From positions 41,444 to 105,443 of the forward strand of contig JANXAF010000003.1 of assembly GCA_025062045.1 (NCBI GenBank): 64,000 nt of DNA, read 5' to 3'. Position numbers and translations under genes: made by a program. The DNA is from Thermodesulfobacteriota bacterium. GTDB taxonomy: Bacteria > Desulfobacterota > Syntrophorhabdia > Syntrophorhabdales > JANXAF01. This document shows positions 53,519 through 64,000 of the stretch, piece by piece. Positions within the stretch are counted from its first letter, which is position 1; every line of letters starts with the position of its first letter. The notes beneath the pieces were generated by a model. The model searched no databases. It saw only the letters and a program-made list of their open reading frames with translations, and was not told the origin of the DNA.

Positions 53519-54034
53519 ATGTTAAAAGAATCAGGTGTCAAAGTGGGTTTAACCCACTTTTTTAGTATGGGAGAAATGGAAAATCCTATCGTTGAGAGGA
53601 TTAAAGATCTGGTAAAACCTATCCTTGAAGAGGAAGGGATCGATCTCGTAGAGATAGAATTCAGGCCCAAAGGAAAGAGGTGGCTTCTAAGACTTTACAT
53701 AGACAAAGAAGGCGGAATCAATATCGGTGACTGTGAAAAAGTAAGTAGAGAGCTTAGTACCCTTTTGGATGTGGAGGACTTAATAGACCATCCGTATACT
53801 CTGGAAGTCTCTTCTCCAGGTCTTACAAGGCAGCTAAAAAGGGCGGAAGAATTTAAAAAGTACAAGGGAAGGCTCTGTAGAATAATCACAAAAAGAGCCC
53901 TTGATGGAAGGACCGATTTTTTGGGCGAGATTGGTGAAGTACAAAAAGAGGGTGTGGAGTTGAAAGGGAAGGACAGATCCGTAATCATACCGTTTGAGGC
54001 AATAAAAAAGGCCAATTTAGAATTTCAGATTTAG
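53519..54034 (+). CDS. rimP: ribosome maturation factor RimP
   Basis: Has LVEIEFRPKGKRWLLRLYIDKEGGI and LEVSSPGL.R.L. Sits before nusA. The true start is probably an internal ATG near 53567-53576. Confidence 0.85.
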   Translation: MLKESGVKVGLTHFFSMGEMENPIVERIKDLVKPILEEEGIDLVEIEFRPKGKRWLLRLYIDKEGGINIGDCEKVSRELSTLLDVEDLIDHPYTLEVSSPGLTRQLKRAEEFKKYKGRLCRIITKRALDGRTDFLGEIGEVQKEGVELKGKDRSVIIPFEAIKKANLEFQI

Positions 54035-54040
54035 AGAATC

Positions 54041-55303
54041 ATGGCTGGCTATTTTGGACTGAATTACGTGATAGAGCAGGTAGGGAAAGAGAAGGGCATC
54101 CCAAAGGAAACGATCATAAAAGTGTTGGAAGAAGCTCTGCTCCAGACTTGTAAAAAGAAGTTTGGGCAACATCTGGACCTTGAAGCGAGATATAACGAGG
54201 AGTTAGACGAAATTGAAATATTCCAATTCAAGACCGTTGTGGAAAATCCAAAAAATACCGACACTGAGATTTCTATCGAAGAGGCAAAGAAACATGATCC
54301 CGAATGTATGGTGGGGGATAGCATAGGGATAAAGCTTGATACTTCCGCCCTAGGTAGAATAGCGGCTCAGACGGCAAAGCAGATCTTGCTTCAAAAGATA
54401 AGGAATGTGGAGAGCGAGGTTGCCTATAACGAATACATAAATAGGAAAGGGACAATTGTATCTGGAATAGTACAAAGAGTCGAAAAGAACCACTACGTTG
54501 TCAACTTGGGAAAGGCAGAAGCGATTCTTCCTTTTAGAGAGACTATCCCAGGAGAAGTTTTCAAACAGAGAGACAGAATAAAGGGGTACATACTCGATGT
54601 GGAAAAGGGACAGAGGGGCTGTACGATACTTCTTTCTAGAACGCATCCCGGTTTCCTTATAAAGTTATTTGAGATGGAAGTCCCTGAAATTCAGGAAGGG
54701 ATAGTAAAGATAAAAGGTGCAGCAAGAGAACCTGGTGAGAGAGCGAAAATTGCTGTGCACAGTGAGGATCCTGATGTGGACCCCATAGGAGCCTGTGTGG
54801 GTATGAAGGGATCTAGAGTCCAGGCAGTCGTTCAGGAGCTAAAAGGCGAAAAGATCGATATAGTTCCATGGAGTCCCGATCCGGCAAAGTACGTGTACAA
54901 CGCACTGGCCCCGGCGAAGGTTTCTAAAGTTTACATAAATGAGGACGAAAAGTCGATGGAGATCGTGGTAAGCGATGATCAGCTATCGTTGGCGATAGGA
55001 AAGAAGGGGCAGAATGTTAGACTTGCATCGAAACTTACCGGATGGAGGATTGATATAGTTAGCGAATCTGAGGTGGAGAGGTCATCGAAGGTTGTGATAA
55101 CTGAGCTTATGGAAAAACTGAACATAAACGAGATACTCGCACGGATACTTTACGACGAATATTTAAGAGAGCCAGAAGATATTGCCAAGCTGACCCCTGA
55201 AGAGATGAATAAAATCACGAGCATAGCTATAGATGATTGTAAAAACATAATTGAGAAAGCCAAGAACTACGTCTCTAAAACTTCCCATGACAGGGTGGAG
55301 TAA
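54041..55303 (+). CDS. nusA: transcription termination/antitermination factor NusA
   Basis: 420 aa. Has S1 and two KH domains (GACVGMKGSRVQAVVQEL, AIGKKGQNVRLASKLTGWRIDI). Confidence 0.95.
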   Translation: MAGYFGLNYVIEQVGKEKGIPKETIIKVLEEALLQTCKKKFGQHLDLEARYNEELDEIEIFQFKTVVENPKNTDTEISIEEAKKHDPECMVGDSIGIKLDTSALGRIAAQTAKQILLQKIRNVESEVAYNEYINRKGTIVSGIVQRVEKNHYVVNLGKAEAILPFRETIPGEVFKQRDRIKGYILDVEKGQRGCTILLSRTHPGFLIKLFEMEVPEIQEGIVKIKGAAREPGERAKIAVHSEDPDVDPIGACVGMKGSRVQAVVQELKGEKIDIVPWSPDPAKYVYNALAPAKVSKVYINEDEKSMEIVVSDDQLSLAIGKKGQNVRLASKLTGWRIDIVSESEVERSSKVVITELMEKLNINEILARILYDEYLREPEDIAKLTPEEMNKITSIAIDDCKNIIEKAKNYVSKTSHDRVE

Positions 55304-57988
55304 ATGACGAAGATAAAGCTCACAACGCTCAAGGATAAATCCTCCGACGACGAACTTCTGCTCAGACTTAAAACGATGGGTGTTAAGATAAAGGATAAGG
55401 CTGAAGAAGAGCAGAAGGATGAGCAAAGAACGGAGGAAAGAAAGGAAGAACCGGCCTTTATCGAAAAAAGACTAACATCAACGATAATAAGGAGACGAAT
55501 AGCTACACCACAGAGGGAGGAAGAAAAACCTCTCCAAGCTGAAAAGGAAACTGTTCCGCCGAAAGAGGAAACTCAGACGAAAATCGCAGAAAGAGTGAGA
55601 CTAATAGAGGAACAGAGAACTGAAATCGAAGAAGTAAAAAGACCGGAGCCTTCCGCGGCAGAAGAGATTCCGAAAAAGGAAGAAGAAAAAATTCCTGAAA
55701 CGAGACAGAAGGTAAGGATAGAGCCTATCTCTGAACCAAAACCGGAAATAAAGGTAAAAGAGAAGGAAGAGGAACTGAGGTTAGAAATTGTAAAGCCGGA
55801 GGCACCTCCACAAAGAGTTCCAACTGTGGAAGTCCAGATCGAGGGAAAATCCATAGCTGAGTTTTCCTTTGATAGACCAAAGGGAGACTTTGAACTTATA
55901 GGAGAGGAGAAAGAGAAAGAAATCACAAGGGTTTTGGAAGAAGCTTATGGGAAAGACTTGGACGTTGACTTCACTTACGTGGAGGAAGAGGAGGACGAGA
56001 GAAAGAGGAGAAAAGTTGAAAAGCTTCTTCGGAGATTTGAGGAACTGGAGATAGAAGAAGAAAGGCTAAAAAAGAAAATTTTGCCCAAAAGGAAAGTGCT
56101 TGTTCAAGAGGAGATCCAGCCGAGAAAGAAACAGAAAGTCTTTGAATTTCCTGTGCAGAAGGGCAAAAAGGAAAAGAGAGTTGAGAAGGAGGAAGAAAAA
56201 AAACCAGAACCCGTAAAGCAGGTAAAAAAGACGGTAAAAATCGGAGACGAGATACAGGTCGGAGAACTTGCGAAGAGGATGGGGATAAAAGTCCAGGAAC
56301 TTATAGGTAAGCTTCTATCTTTAGGGGTTATTGCCACTATCAACCAAAAGATCGATTTTGACACCGCTTATCTCGTGGCGCAGGAATTTGGGTGTGAGCT
56401 CGAAAAGGAGCTCTCGATAGAAGAAGAGTTTTTCGCAAAAGAAGAGGAGATGCAGGATAGACCTGAGGACCTAAAGCCTAGACCTCCTGTTGTCACGATC
56501 ATGGGTCACGTTGATCACGGAAAAACTCTTTTGTTAGACACCATAAGGCACACAAATGTGGCTGAGAAGGAGGCGGGAGGAATAACTCAGCATATAGGCG
56601 CGTACATGGTGAATGTGGACGGTAAAGACATAATCTTCCTGGACACTCCTGGACACGAGGCTTTCACGGCAATGAGGGCTAGAGGGGCACAGGTGACAGA
56701 CATAGTCGTGCTTGTGGTTGCGGCAGATGATGGTGTTATGCCGCAGACGATTGAAGCCATAAACCACGCAAAAGCCGCATCTTGCCCTATAGTCGTGGCC
56801 ATAAACAAAATAGATAAACCTAATGCAAACCCAGAAAAGGTCATGAAAGACTTGGCTGAGCTTGGGCTTGTACCTGAGGAATGGGGAGGAAACACTCTCT
56901 ACGCAAAAATATCGGCAAAGAAAAAGATAGGGATAAAAGAGCTCCTAGAATTGATAATCCTTCAAGCTGAGATGCTTGAACTCAAGGCTAATCCGAATAA
57001 GCCGGCAAGAGGCGTGATCATAGAATCTAAAATGGATAAAGGGCATGGACCCGTAGGTACAGTCATAATCCAGGAAGGGACTTTAAAGGTCCATGATCCT
57101 TTCATAGCAGGAACAGTTTTTGGAAGGGTCCGAGCCATGTTTGACGATAAGGGGCAGAGACTGGACGTAGCCACCCCTTCAATGCCGGTACTTGTTACTG
57201 GGTTTTCGGAAGTTCCACAGGCCGGCGACAAGTTCATCGTGACAAGTGAGGAAAAGTACGCAAAGGAGTTGTCTAAGTTTAGATTGGAAAAATTAAAAGA
57301 AAAAGAGTTTTCCTCAGTAAAGAGAGCTAGCCTTGAGGACCTCTACGTAAAAGCCTCTGAGTCGGAAAAGGTAACACTAAATGTGATAATAAAGAGCGAC
57401 ACAAGAGGCACGGCAGATGCAATATGTGAGGCCCTGAAAAGAGTTGGGAATGAGAAGGTCGAAGTTAACATACTCCATAGCGGGGTGGGAGCAATCACGG
57501 AAACCGATGTTAATTTGGCCATGGCATCGGGTGCAATAATACTTGGGTTTAACACAAAGCCTGTACATAAAGCAAAGGAGCTTGCCGAAAGGGAAAACAT
57601 AGAGGTCAGAACTTATTCGGTTATATATGACCTAATAGATGACGTCAAAAAGGCTTTGGAAGGGAGACTCAAGCCAAAGATCGTGGATGTGTATATTGGA
57701 AAAGCGGAAGTGAGGAAGATCTTCCATATCTCAAAAGTCGGTACGGTCGCAGGCTGTTTTGTTTCAGAAGGGAAGGTTTTGAGGAGTGCAAATGTGAAAC
57801 TCATAAGGAATGGGGAGGAGATTTTTAGCGGAAAAGTGAAGTCTTTAAAAAGGTTTAAAGACGACGTAAAAGAAGTGGCTCAGGGATACGAATGCGGTAT
57901 AGCGCTTGATGGAACAGACGATATCCAAGAGGGGGACATCCTTCAGTTTTACGTACAAGAAAAAGAAGCACAGAGAATTGAGGGGTAA
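55304..57988 (+). CDS. infB: translation initiation factor IF-2
   Basis: 894 aa. Has an E/K-rich N-terminal region and the G-domain motifs [13 protein letters not shown] and NKID. Starts directly after the nusA stop. Confidence 0.95.
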   Translation: MTKIKLTTLKDKSSDDELLLRLKTMGVKIKDKAEEEQKDEQRTEERKEEPAFIEKRLTSTIIRRRIATPQREEEKPLQAEKETVPPKEETQTKIAERVRLIEEQRTEIEEVKRPEPSAAEEIPKKEEEKIPETRQKVRIEPISEPKPEIKVKEKEEELRLEIVKPEAPPQRVPTVEVQIEGKSIAEFSFDRPKGDFELIGEEKEKEITRVLEEAYGKDLDVDFTYVEEEEDERKRRKVEKLLRRFEELEIEEERLKKKILPKRKVLVQEEIQPRKKQKVFEFPVQKGKKEKRVEKEEEKKPEPVKQVKKTVKIGDEIQVGELAKRMGIKVQELIGKLLSLGVIATINQKIDFDTAYLVAQEFGCELEKELSIEEEFFAKEEEMQDRPEDLKPRPPVVTIMGHVDHGKTLLLDTIRHTNVAEKEAGGITQHIGAYMVNVDGKDIIFLDTPGHEAFTAMRARGAQVTDIVVLVVAADDGVMPQTIEAINHAKAASCPIVVAINKIDKPNANPEKVMKDLAELGLVPEEWGGNTLYAKISAKKKIGIKELLELIILQAEMLELKANPNKPARGVIIESKMDKGHGPVGTVIIQEGTLKVHDPFIAGTVFGRVRAMFDDKGQRLDVATPSMPVLVTGFSEVPQAGDKFIVTSEEKYAKELSKFRLEKLKEKEFSSVKRASLEDLYVKASESEKVTLNVIIKSDTRGTADAICEALKRVGNEKVEVNILHSGVGAITETDVNLAMASGAIILGFNTKPVHKAKELAERENIEVRTYSVIYDLIDDVKKALEGRLKPKIVDVYIGKAEVRKIFHISKVGTVAGCFVSEGKVLRSANVKLIRNGEEIFSGKVKSLKRFKDDVKEVAQGYECGIALDGTDDIQEGDILQFYVQEKEAQRIEG

Positions 57989-57993
57989 AAGAG

Positions 57994-58293
57994 ATGTTCG
58001 TCGGAATATCCAGCGTAGAGATATTCCTTCCGGATAACCATTCCTTGAAAGACAAGAGGCAGGCGATAAAAAAGATAGTCGAAAAGGCCCGCTCCAGATT
58101 TAACATTTCCATAATTGAGGTAAACAAATCGAACTTATGGCAAAAGGCTTGCGTTGGCTTCTCAGTTGTGGGAGAGAACGTAGATCAGATAAACAGGATC
58201 ATCGAGGATGTACACAGTTTCATAGAGAGTCTGTATATAGGAAAAGTAATAGATACGAGAACCGAGATAATTAAGATGGGAAATGAAATATAG
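57994..58293 (+). CDS. DUF503 (YlxP-like) protein
   Basis: 99 aa. Has SLKDKRQ...I..K....FN.S..E motifs and the conserved position between infB and rbfA. Confidence 0.8.
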   Translation: MFVGISSVEIFLPDNHSLKDKRQAIKKIVEKARSRFNISIIEVNKSNLWQKACVGFSVVGENVDQINRIIEDVHSFIESLYIGKVIDTRTEIIKMGNEI

Positions 58294-58633
58294 AAAGTTC
58301 AGGATCCAAGATCTTTTGCGCGAAGAGATTTCGGTCATAATCCAAAGGGAACTTCGAGATCCTGGTTTGGGGTTGGTGACTATAATCGATGTGGAAATGT
58401 CTGAAGATTTGAGACAGGCTAAGGTCTACTACAGTGTTTACGGGTCCGAAAGTGACTGGCAGAAGACGAAAGAGGCCCTGGACAGATCGAAGGGATACAT
58501 AAAGTTTTTGCTTGGAAAAAGGATAAGGATAAAGTATATGCCTGATCTGGCCTTCTTACCTGACAGATCCTACGAGAGAGTGTTAAGGATCGGTGCCATA
58601 TTGAGTAAAAATAAAGATGCCGCAAAAGATTAA
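58283..58633 (+). CDS. rbfA: ribosome-binding factor A
   Basis: 116 aa. Has LREEISVIIQRELRDP....VTI..VE.S.DL..AKVY. Confidence 0.9.
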   Translation: MKYRKFRIQDLLREEISVIIQRELRDPGLGLVTIIDVEMSEDLRQAKVYYSVYGSESDWQKTKEALDRSKGYIKFLLGKRIRIKYMPDLAFLPDRSYERVLRIGAILSKNKDAAKD

Positions 58634-59567
58634 AAAGATTTTAAAAAAAAACGAGAGTTTTCTCCTTTGCACTCACGTTGATCCAGACGGTGACGCTTTA
58701 GGTTCACTCTTTGCCACGTATTTTTGGTTAAGGCAGATGGGAAAATCGGTGCGGGTCTACCTTGAAGATCGGATACCTTACAGATATGCCTTCCTTCCTC
58801 GCCCAGAGAGTTTGGAAGTTCAAATAAGGGACTTAAATTTTGATGCTGTGTTTGTGTTAGACTGCGGGGATATAAGTAGACTGGGAAAAAGCTATGAATT
58901 AATATCCAGACACACTCTTATAATCAACATTGATCACCACGAAACGAACCGCCGTTTCGGAAAGATAAACTATGTCCGCCCTAATGCATCTTCAACAGCC
59001 GAGATAATTTTCAATATATTCAGCTCATTAGGTACAAAAATAACTTGGGAGATAGCCATAAACATCTACACGGCCATCTTCACAGATACGGGTTCTTTCA
59101 GATTTCCAAACACTAACGCCAAAGCGTTTCAGATATGTGGAAAACTGGTGAGATATGGCATCTCTCCAGCATATGTTGCCGAGATGGTTTACGAAAATCA
59201 CCCCAAAGAACGGTTTCTGCTTCTTTCAGAAGTACTAAGAACCCTGGAAGTGTCAGAGGGCGGAAAAGTGGGTATAGCTCTTATAACTTCTGACATGTAC
59301 CGTAGGGCCAATGCCTCCTATGAACATTCGGATGGGTTCGTGGAGTACATAAAGGAGTTGAGAGATGTCAAGCTTGCCATAGTCATAAGAGAACTTGAGA
59401 ACGGGAAATGTAAGGTGAGTATGAGATCAAAAGACGACTTAGACGTTGCCCGTATATGCCAAACGTTTGGGGGAGGCGGACATAAAAATGCGGCAGGATG
59501 TGTTTTGGAGGGTAGACCTGATAAGGTAAAAGAGATTATAAAGGAGACTGTGCTTAAAAAAGTATGA
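58617..59567 (+). CDS. nrnA: DHH/DHHA1 phosphoesterase (NrnA-like oligoribonuclease/pAp phosphatase)
   Basis: 316 aa. Has HVDPDGDALGS, DHH (NIDHHETN) and GGGGHKNAAG. Confidence 0.85.
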   Translation: MPQKIKKILKKNESFLLCTHVDPDGDALGSLFATYFWLRQMGKSVRVYLEDRIPYRYAFLPRPESLEVQIRDLNFDAVFVLDCGDISRLGKSYELISRHTLIINIDHHETNRRFGKINYVRPNASSTAEIIFNIFSSLGTKITWEIAINIYTAIFTDTGSFRFPNTNAKAFQICGKLVRYGISPAYVAEMVYENHPKERFLLLSEVLRTLEVSEGGKVGIALITSDMYRRANASYEHSDGFVEYIKELRDVKLAIVIRELENGKCKVSMRSKDDLDVARICQTFGGGGHKNAAGCVLEGRPDKVKEIIKETVLKKV

Positions 59568-60457
59568 ACGGGTTTTTGATAATCGACAAGTCTAGTGGGA
59601 TGACATCCTTTGATGTTATAAGGAGGCTTAAAAGGATCGCCAAGTTTAAAAAAATAGGGTACGTGGGCACCCTTGACAAGAACGCAACCGGGATTCTTCC
59701 TGTTGCTATAAACGAGGGTGTGAAACTTATTCCTTACATCGAAGACATGGAGAAACGTTATATAGCCCGAATCCTTTTGGGGGTTGTAACAAATACTTAC
59801 GATGTCCAGGGGAAGGTGCTAAGTAGAACCGAGCCTCCCAAATTCGATCAAAAGTTTATAGAAGAGACTCTTCAAAAATTTCGGGGAAGGATAAGACAGA
59901 GGATCCCTCCATTTTCGTCAAAAAAAGTTGGTAGAAAACCGCTTTACAAACTGGCTAGAAAGGGTATCCAGGTAGAACCGATGTTTAAAGATGTTGAGAT
60001 ATATGATATAAAATTAACAAGTTACGAACACCCTTATATTGACATCGAACTTTCCTGTTCAAAGGGGACCTATGTGAGAAGCTTGGCAAACGATTTAGGA
60101 GAGATGTTAGGTTGTGGTGCTACTTTATATTCCCTTAAAAGGACAAGACACGGCGAATTTGGGGAGGAACTGGCGGTAAAGGTGGAAGACATAAAAACGG
60201 TAGAGGACATAGAAAAGAACCTAATACCGTGTGAAAAGGCTTTAAGTGCCAGTAAAGAAGTGATCATAGAGAAGCCGCTTGAAAGGTTTTTAAGACATGG
60301 CATGCCCATTCCTATTTTTGGCAACGCTAAAGATTTTAAGGAGGGCGAACTGACTAAAATACTAAACAAGGAAGGAAAAATGATGGCCATCGGAATTGCC
60401 GATCCTTCCTCGAAGATTATAAAGGTAAAAAGGCTCATGAACGTGTGGGAGGTATGA
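59564..60457 (+). CDS. truB: tRNA pseudouridine-55 synthase
   Basis: 297 aa. Has [16 protein letters not shown] and [12 protein letters not shown] (catalytic Asp), plus a C-terminal PUA-like region. Confidence 0.92.
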   Translation: MNGFLIIDKSSGMTSFDVIRRLKRIAKFKKIGYVGTLDKNATGILPVAINEGVKLIPYIEDMEKRYIARILLGVVTNTYDVQGKVLSRTEPPKFDQKFIEETLQKFRGRIRQRIPPFSSKKVGRKPLYKLARKGIQVEPMFKDVEIYDIKLTSYEHPYIDIELSCSKGTYVRSLANDLGEMLGCGATLYSLKRTRHGEFGEELAVKVEDIKTVEDIEKNLIPCEKALSASKEVIIEKPLERFLRHGMPIPIFGNAKDFKEGELTKILNKEGKMMAIGIADPSSKIIKVKRLMNVWEV

Positions 60458-60458
60458 T

Positions 60459-60728
60459 ATGCCCTTAGACAAAGAGAGAAAGAGAGAGATTATCGAAAGT
60501 TTCAGGCTCCATGAGACCGACACTGGTTCTCCCGAAGTACAGATTGCTCTATTGACTGAAAGGATAAGATTACTTACTGAACATTTCAAAAGGTTCCCGA
60601 AAGATCACAATTCTAGAAGGGGGCTCCTCATGCTTATCGGTCAAAGGAGGAGCTTGCTAAATTATCTGAAAAACAAAAATTTGGAAAGGTACAGAAAGTT
60701 AATTGAAAAATTAGGTTTGAGGAAATAG
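60459..60728 (+). CDS. rpsO: 30S ribosomal protein S15
   Basis: 89 aa. Has [19 protein letters not shown]...H.KDHHSRRGLL. Confidence 0.95.
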   Translation: MPLDKERKREIIESFRLHETDTGSPEVQIALLTERIRLLTEHFKRFPKDHNSRRGLLMLIGQRRSLLNYLKNKNLERYRKLIEKLGLRK

Positions 60729-60739
60729 GGTTAGGTTTT

Positions 60740-62818
60740 ATGCAAAAGCGCACCATTACTATTGAATTTGCTAACCGGCCACTGAGTATAACTGTCGGAG
60801 AGATGGCAAAGCAGGCCGACGGCAGTGTGCTTGTTCAATACGCCGACACGGCCGTTTTGGTTACGGCGGTTGCTGAAAGAAAGGAGACGGACCTAGATTT
60901 TCTTCCCCTTACAGTCAATTACCAAGAGATGTCATACGCGGCTGGACGTTTTCCCGGGGGTTTTTTTAAAAGAGAGGGAAGACCATCGGACAGAGAAATC
61001 CTCATATCAAGACTCATCGATAGACCCTTAAGACCCCTTTTTCCCAAAGGCTTTAACAGAGAAGTCCAGATTATTGCAACGGTCCTTAGTGCCGACCAGG
61101 AGAATGACCCGGCCATCCTTGGGATAATTGGAGCTTCTTGTGCGCTTACTTTATCCGAAATACCCTTCGAAGGCCCAATTGCTGGTGTAAAGATAGGAAG
61201 GAAAAACGGATCATTCATCATTAATCCCACAACCTCCGAGATGGAAGAGAGCGACATGGAAATAGTTGTAGCGGGTACGAAGGATGCGATCATAATGGTT
61301 GAGGGAGGGGCTAAATTTGTAAAAGGCGAAGACCTGATTGACGCGGTCCATTTTGGACACAAAAGCATGCTCCCATTGATAGAATGTCAGGAAAGGCTAA
61401 AAGAAGAACTAGGAATAAAAAAGTGGATCTTTGTCGAACCAGAGATAAGAAAAGAACTAAAAGAAGAGGTTAAAGAAAAAATCAAAGATGACATAAACGA
61501 GGCATTAGCTATACCCGAAAAGAAAAAAAGGAGGGAGAGACTAAAGGAGATAAAGGAGAGTCTTTCAAAACTCTATCCGGATGTGAGTGTTAAAGATCTC
61601 GGAAAGATATTTGACGACGTACTAAGGGAACTTATGCGAGAAAAGCTGCTCACTACCGGTTTGCGGATTGATGGACGGAAGCCCAATGAGATAAGGGCAG
61701 TGGAAGCAAAGGTTGGAATCTTTCCGAGGACTCATGGTTCAGCTCTCTTCACAAGAGGAGAAACCCAGGCATTAGCTATAACAACCTTCGGTACTTCCGA
61801 AGACGAGCAAAAAGTTGAATCTCTACTCGAAGGCGAAGTCTTCAAAGCATTCATGGTCCATTACAATTTTCCGCCATTTTCCGTTGGAGAGGTAGCTCCC
61901 CTTAGGGCACCCACAAGGAGGGAAATTGGACATGGCTATCTAGCGGAGAGAGCTCTCTCCCCTATACTTCCGCCAAAGGACGAATTTCCCTACACCATAA
62001 GAATAGTTTCAGAGATTCTGGAATCTAATGGATCTTCCTCCATGGCTACGGTCTGTAGTGGGTGTCTTTCTTTGATGGATGCAGGCGTTCCGATAAAGGA
62101 ACCCGTTGCAGGTATAGCGATGGGTCTCGTAAAAGAGGGAGACAGAGAGATCATTCTCTGGGACATACTGGGGGATGAAGACCATTTGGGCGATATGGAC
62201 TTTAAAATTGCGGGATCCAAAAGGGGTGTAACAGCTATCCAGATGGATCTCAAGATAAAGGGCATAACAAAAGACACAATGCTCAGGGTCGTAAAAGAGG
62301 CTCAGGAAGGCATAGAAAAAATACTATCCATCATGACTCAGGTCATGCCAAAACCCAGAGAGAAACTGTCTCCTTACGCTCCAAGGATTCTCACGGTCAA
62401 GATAAACCCTGAAAAGATAAGGGACATAATTGGCCCCGGTGGAAAAGTGATAAAGAGCATAATAGACCAAACAGGTGTAAAGATTGACATAGAAGATTCA
62501 GGGATGATAAAAGTGGCCTCCCACAATGAGGCTTCAGCACTTAGGGCAATTGAGTTGATAAAAGAAGCAGCAAGGGAGGTTGAGCTCGGAGCTATCTACC
62601 AGGGCAAGGTTAAAAGGATAGTTGATTCTGGGGTAATCGTTGAGATATGGCCGGGCTCGGACGGTTTCGTCCACATAAGCCAGCTTGCAGACGGATACAT
62701 AAGGAGGATTCAGGACATAGTGAAAGAAGGGGACACGATCCCTGTGAAGGTCATAGAGATAGATCAGTTTGGAAGGATCAAACTTTCGAGGAAAGCTGCC
62801 CTCAGGGAAAGAAAATGA
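60740..62818 (+). CDS. pnp: polyribonucleotide nucleotidyltransferase (PNPase)
   Basis: 692 aa. Has two RNase PH domains, KH (IRDIIGPGGKVIKSI) and S1 (GKVKRIVDSGVIVEI). Confidence 0.95.
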   Translation: MQKRTITIEFANRPLSITVGEMAKQADGSVLVQYADTAVLVTAVAERKETDLDFLPLTVNYQEMSYAAGRFPGGFFKREGRPSDREILISRLIDRPLRPLFPKGFNREVQIIATVLSADQENDPAILGIIGASCALTLSEIPFEGPIAGVKIGRKNGSFIINPTTSEMEESDMEIVVAGTKDAIIMVEGGAKFVKGEDLIDAVHFGHKSMLPLIECQERLKEELGIKKWIFVEPEIRKELKEEVKEKIKDDINEALAIPEKKKRRERLKEIKESLSKLYPDVSVKDLGKIFDDVLRELMREKLLTTGLRIDGRKPNEIRAVEAKVGIFPRTHGSALFTRGETQALAITTFGTSEDEQKVESLLEGEVFKAFMVHYNFPPFSVGEVAPLRAPTRREIGHGYLAERALSPILPPKDEFPYTIRIVSEILESNGSSSMATVCSGCLSLMDAGVPIKEPVAGIAMGLVKEGDREIILWDILGDEDHLGDMDFKIAGSKRGVTAIQMDLKIKGITKDTMLRVVKEAQEGIEKILSIMTQVMPKPREKLSPYAPRILTVKINPEKIRDIIGPGGKVIKSIIDQTGVKIDIEDSGMIKVASHNEASALRAIELIKEAAREVELGAIYQGKVKRIVDSGVIVEIWPGSDGFVHISQLADGYIRRIQDIVKEGDTIPVKVIEIDQFGRIKLSRKAALRERK

Positions 62819-62824
62819 AAAGAG

Positions 62825-64000
62825 ATGTTCAGAAAGACAGTTCTCAATAATGGTCTTACTGTAATAACCGAGTCAGTTCCACATTTTTCAACCGTTTCAA
62901 TTGGAATGTGGTGGAAGACAGGGGGAAGATATGAGAATCCCCAAAATAATGGGATCTCTCACTTTATCGAACATATGCTTTTCAAAGGAACAGAAAAGAG
63001 GTCTGCTTACGAGATAGCTAGAGAAATTGATGCGGTTGGTGGGACGATCAATGCTTTTACGGGGAAAGAGTATTCATGTCTTTATGCCAAAGTTTTAAGA
63101 AAGGACGTGGATCTTTGCCTCGATATTCTATCCGATATGTACAGGCACTCTCTTTTTTCGGATGAGGACATAGAGAAAGAGAAGTATGTCGTCACACAGG
63201 AGATAAGAATGATCGAGGATAACCCGGAAGAGTACATATTCGACTTTTTCTACGCAAATTATTTTAAGAATCACGGTCTAGGTCTTCCAATCTTGGGAAA
63301 TAAAGAAAATGTGGAATCCTTTAGGCGTGATATTTTGATGGAGCATTTCAAAATGAATTATTCTCCCGAAAAAATGGTCATTACTGCCTCGGGAAGGATA
63401 GAACACGAGGAATTTTTAAAAAAAATTGAGACCCTGTTTGGATCAATAGAAAATGAAGAGGCTTCCATTCAAATTGATGACCCTGTACCTAAGTCTCAAA
63501 CAACGATTGACGTCTTTCGCAAGGACTTAGAGAGCCTATACATCCTTGTAGGAACAGAAGGTGTAAGTCAGATAGATGAAAAGAGGTACATATTATATTT
63601 GCTTAATGCCATATTCGGAGGAAGCATGAGTTCTCGCCTGTTCCAAGAGATCAGGGAGAAAAGAGGCCTTGTTTACTCCATATACTCATACGTTAACTGT
63701 TACTTCGACACCGGAACTTTTGGCGTGTCAACATCGACTTCACCCGGTGATGCGCATGAGGTAATAAAGCTCATAAAGAAAGAGATTTTGACCCTAAAGG
63801 AGAAAGGGATCTCCGAAAGCGAGCTCAGATTCGCCAAAGAGCATATAAAGGGAAACCTACACATAAGTCTGGAGAACACCGAGGCTAGGATGGGTAGAAT
63901 CGCAAAAAACGAGATTTACTTCGGTAGATACATACCTGTTAGAGAGACTCTAAGGGCTATAGATAAAGTCACCGTCCGGGACGTTAACGAGCTGGCAAGA
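62825..64000 (+). CDS. M16-family (pitrilysin-like) zinc peptidase, 3' end off the window
   Basis: Hand-translated: MFRKTVLNNGLTVITE...GISHFIEHMLFKGT, with the inverted zinc motif HxxEH. In frame to the window end (392 codons). Confidence 0.85.
   Translation, partial: MFRKTVLNNGLTVITESVPHFSTVSIGMWWKTGGRYENPQNNGISHFIEHMLFKGTEKRSAYEIAREIDAVGGTINAFTGKEYSCLYAKVLRKDVDLCLDILSDMYRHSLFSDEDIEKEKYVVTQEIRMIEDNPEEYIFDFFYANYFKNHGLGLPILGNKENVESFRRDILMEHFKMNYSPEKMVITASGRIEHEEFLKKIETLFGSIENEEASIQIDDPVPKSQTTIDVFRKDLESLYILVGTEGVSQIDEKRYILYLLNAIFGGSMSSRLFQEIREKRGLVYSIYSYVNCYFDTGTFGVSTSTSPGDAHEVIKLIKKEILTLKEKGISESELRFAKEHIKGNLHISLENTEARMGRIAKNEIYFGRYIPVRETLRAIDKVTVRDVNELAR

Noticed and set aside
55400-56300. 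A highly repetitive GAA/AAG-rich stretch that at first glance resembles a tandem repeat.
   Set aside because: It is the in-frame E/K-rich N-terminal linker of IF-2 (EEKK... low-complexity protein region). It is not a DNA repeat array or a CRISPR.

Overview
This 64-kb window looks like it comes from a thermophilic, anaerobic bacterium. That is inference only, based on K/E/I-rich proteins, an archaeal-type FBP aldolase/phosphatase, a type-2 IDI, and many Fe-S, Mo and prFMN enzymes. No CRISPR array, rRNA, transposase or integrase was seen. The window has four blocks. (1) 1-28.3 kb is accessory catabolism. It holds an esterase/acetoacetyl-CoA synthetase operon. It also holds a divergent phenol-type cluster: a minus-strand operon of three UbiD-family proteins, two HAD proteins, an 81-aa protein, UbiX and IDI-2, facing LysR, an AceTr channel, a split PEP-utilising 'phenylphosphate synthase-like' pair and a PaaK-like ligase. 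Last comes a 9.7-kb minus-strand operon: GntR, TAXI-TRAP transporter, atypical amidohydrolase, AprA-like flavoprotein, mini-ferredoxin, canonical amidohydrolase, cytoplasmic Mo/W-bisPGD enzyme. (2) 28.4-39.2 kb is housekeeping: tRNA-Pro, surE, fbp, miaB, hisC, cmk, ispH, rpsA, a Trm112-like gene, and a kinase/TtcA/Isf operon. (3) 39.3-53.5 kb is a second accessory block. It has a DUF1850-like gene, an acyl-CoA ligase and a second TAXI-TRAP transporter, then a decayed B12-radical-SAM pseudogene. It also has a second, paralogous AprA-like flavoprotein / mini-ferredoxin / TctCBA / atypical amidohydrolase operon, tRNA-Phe, and an EntE/DhbE-like aryl-acid ligase. (4) 53.5-64 kb is rimP-nusA-infB-DUF503-rbfA-nrnA-truB-rpsO-pnp followed by an M16 peptidase. 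The best candidate for an undescribed system is the cassette that occurs twice: an AprA-like flavoprotein, an AprB-N-terminal-like 2x[4Fe-4S] mini-ferredoxin, and an ACMSD-family amidohydrolase with an F-x-H metal motif. Each copy is wired to a different high-affinity carboxylate importer. I cannot assign its substrate or chemistry from sequence alone. All family assignments come from reading motifs by eye and recalling reference sequences from memory. No database search was run.
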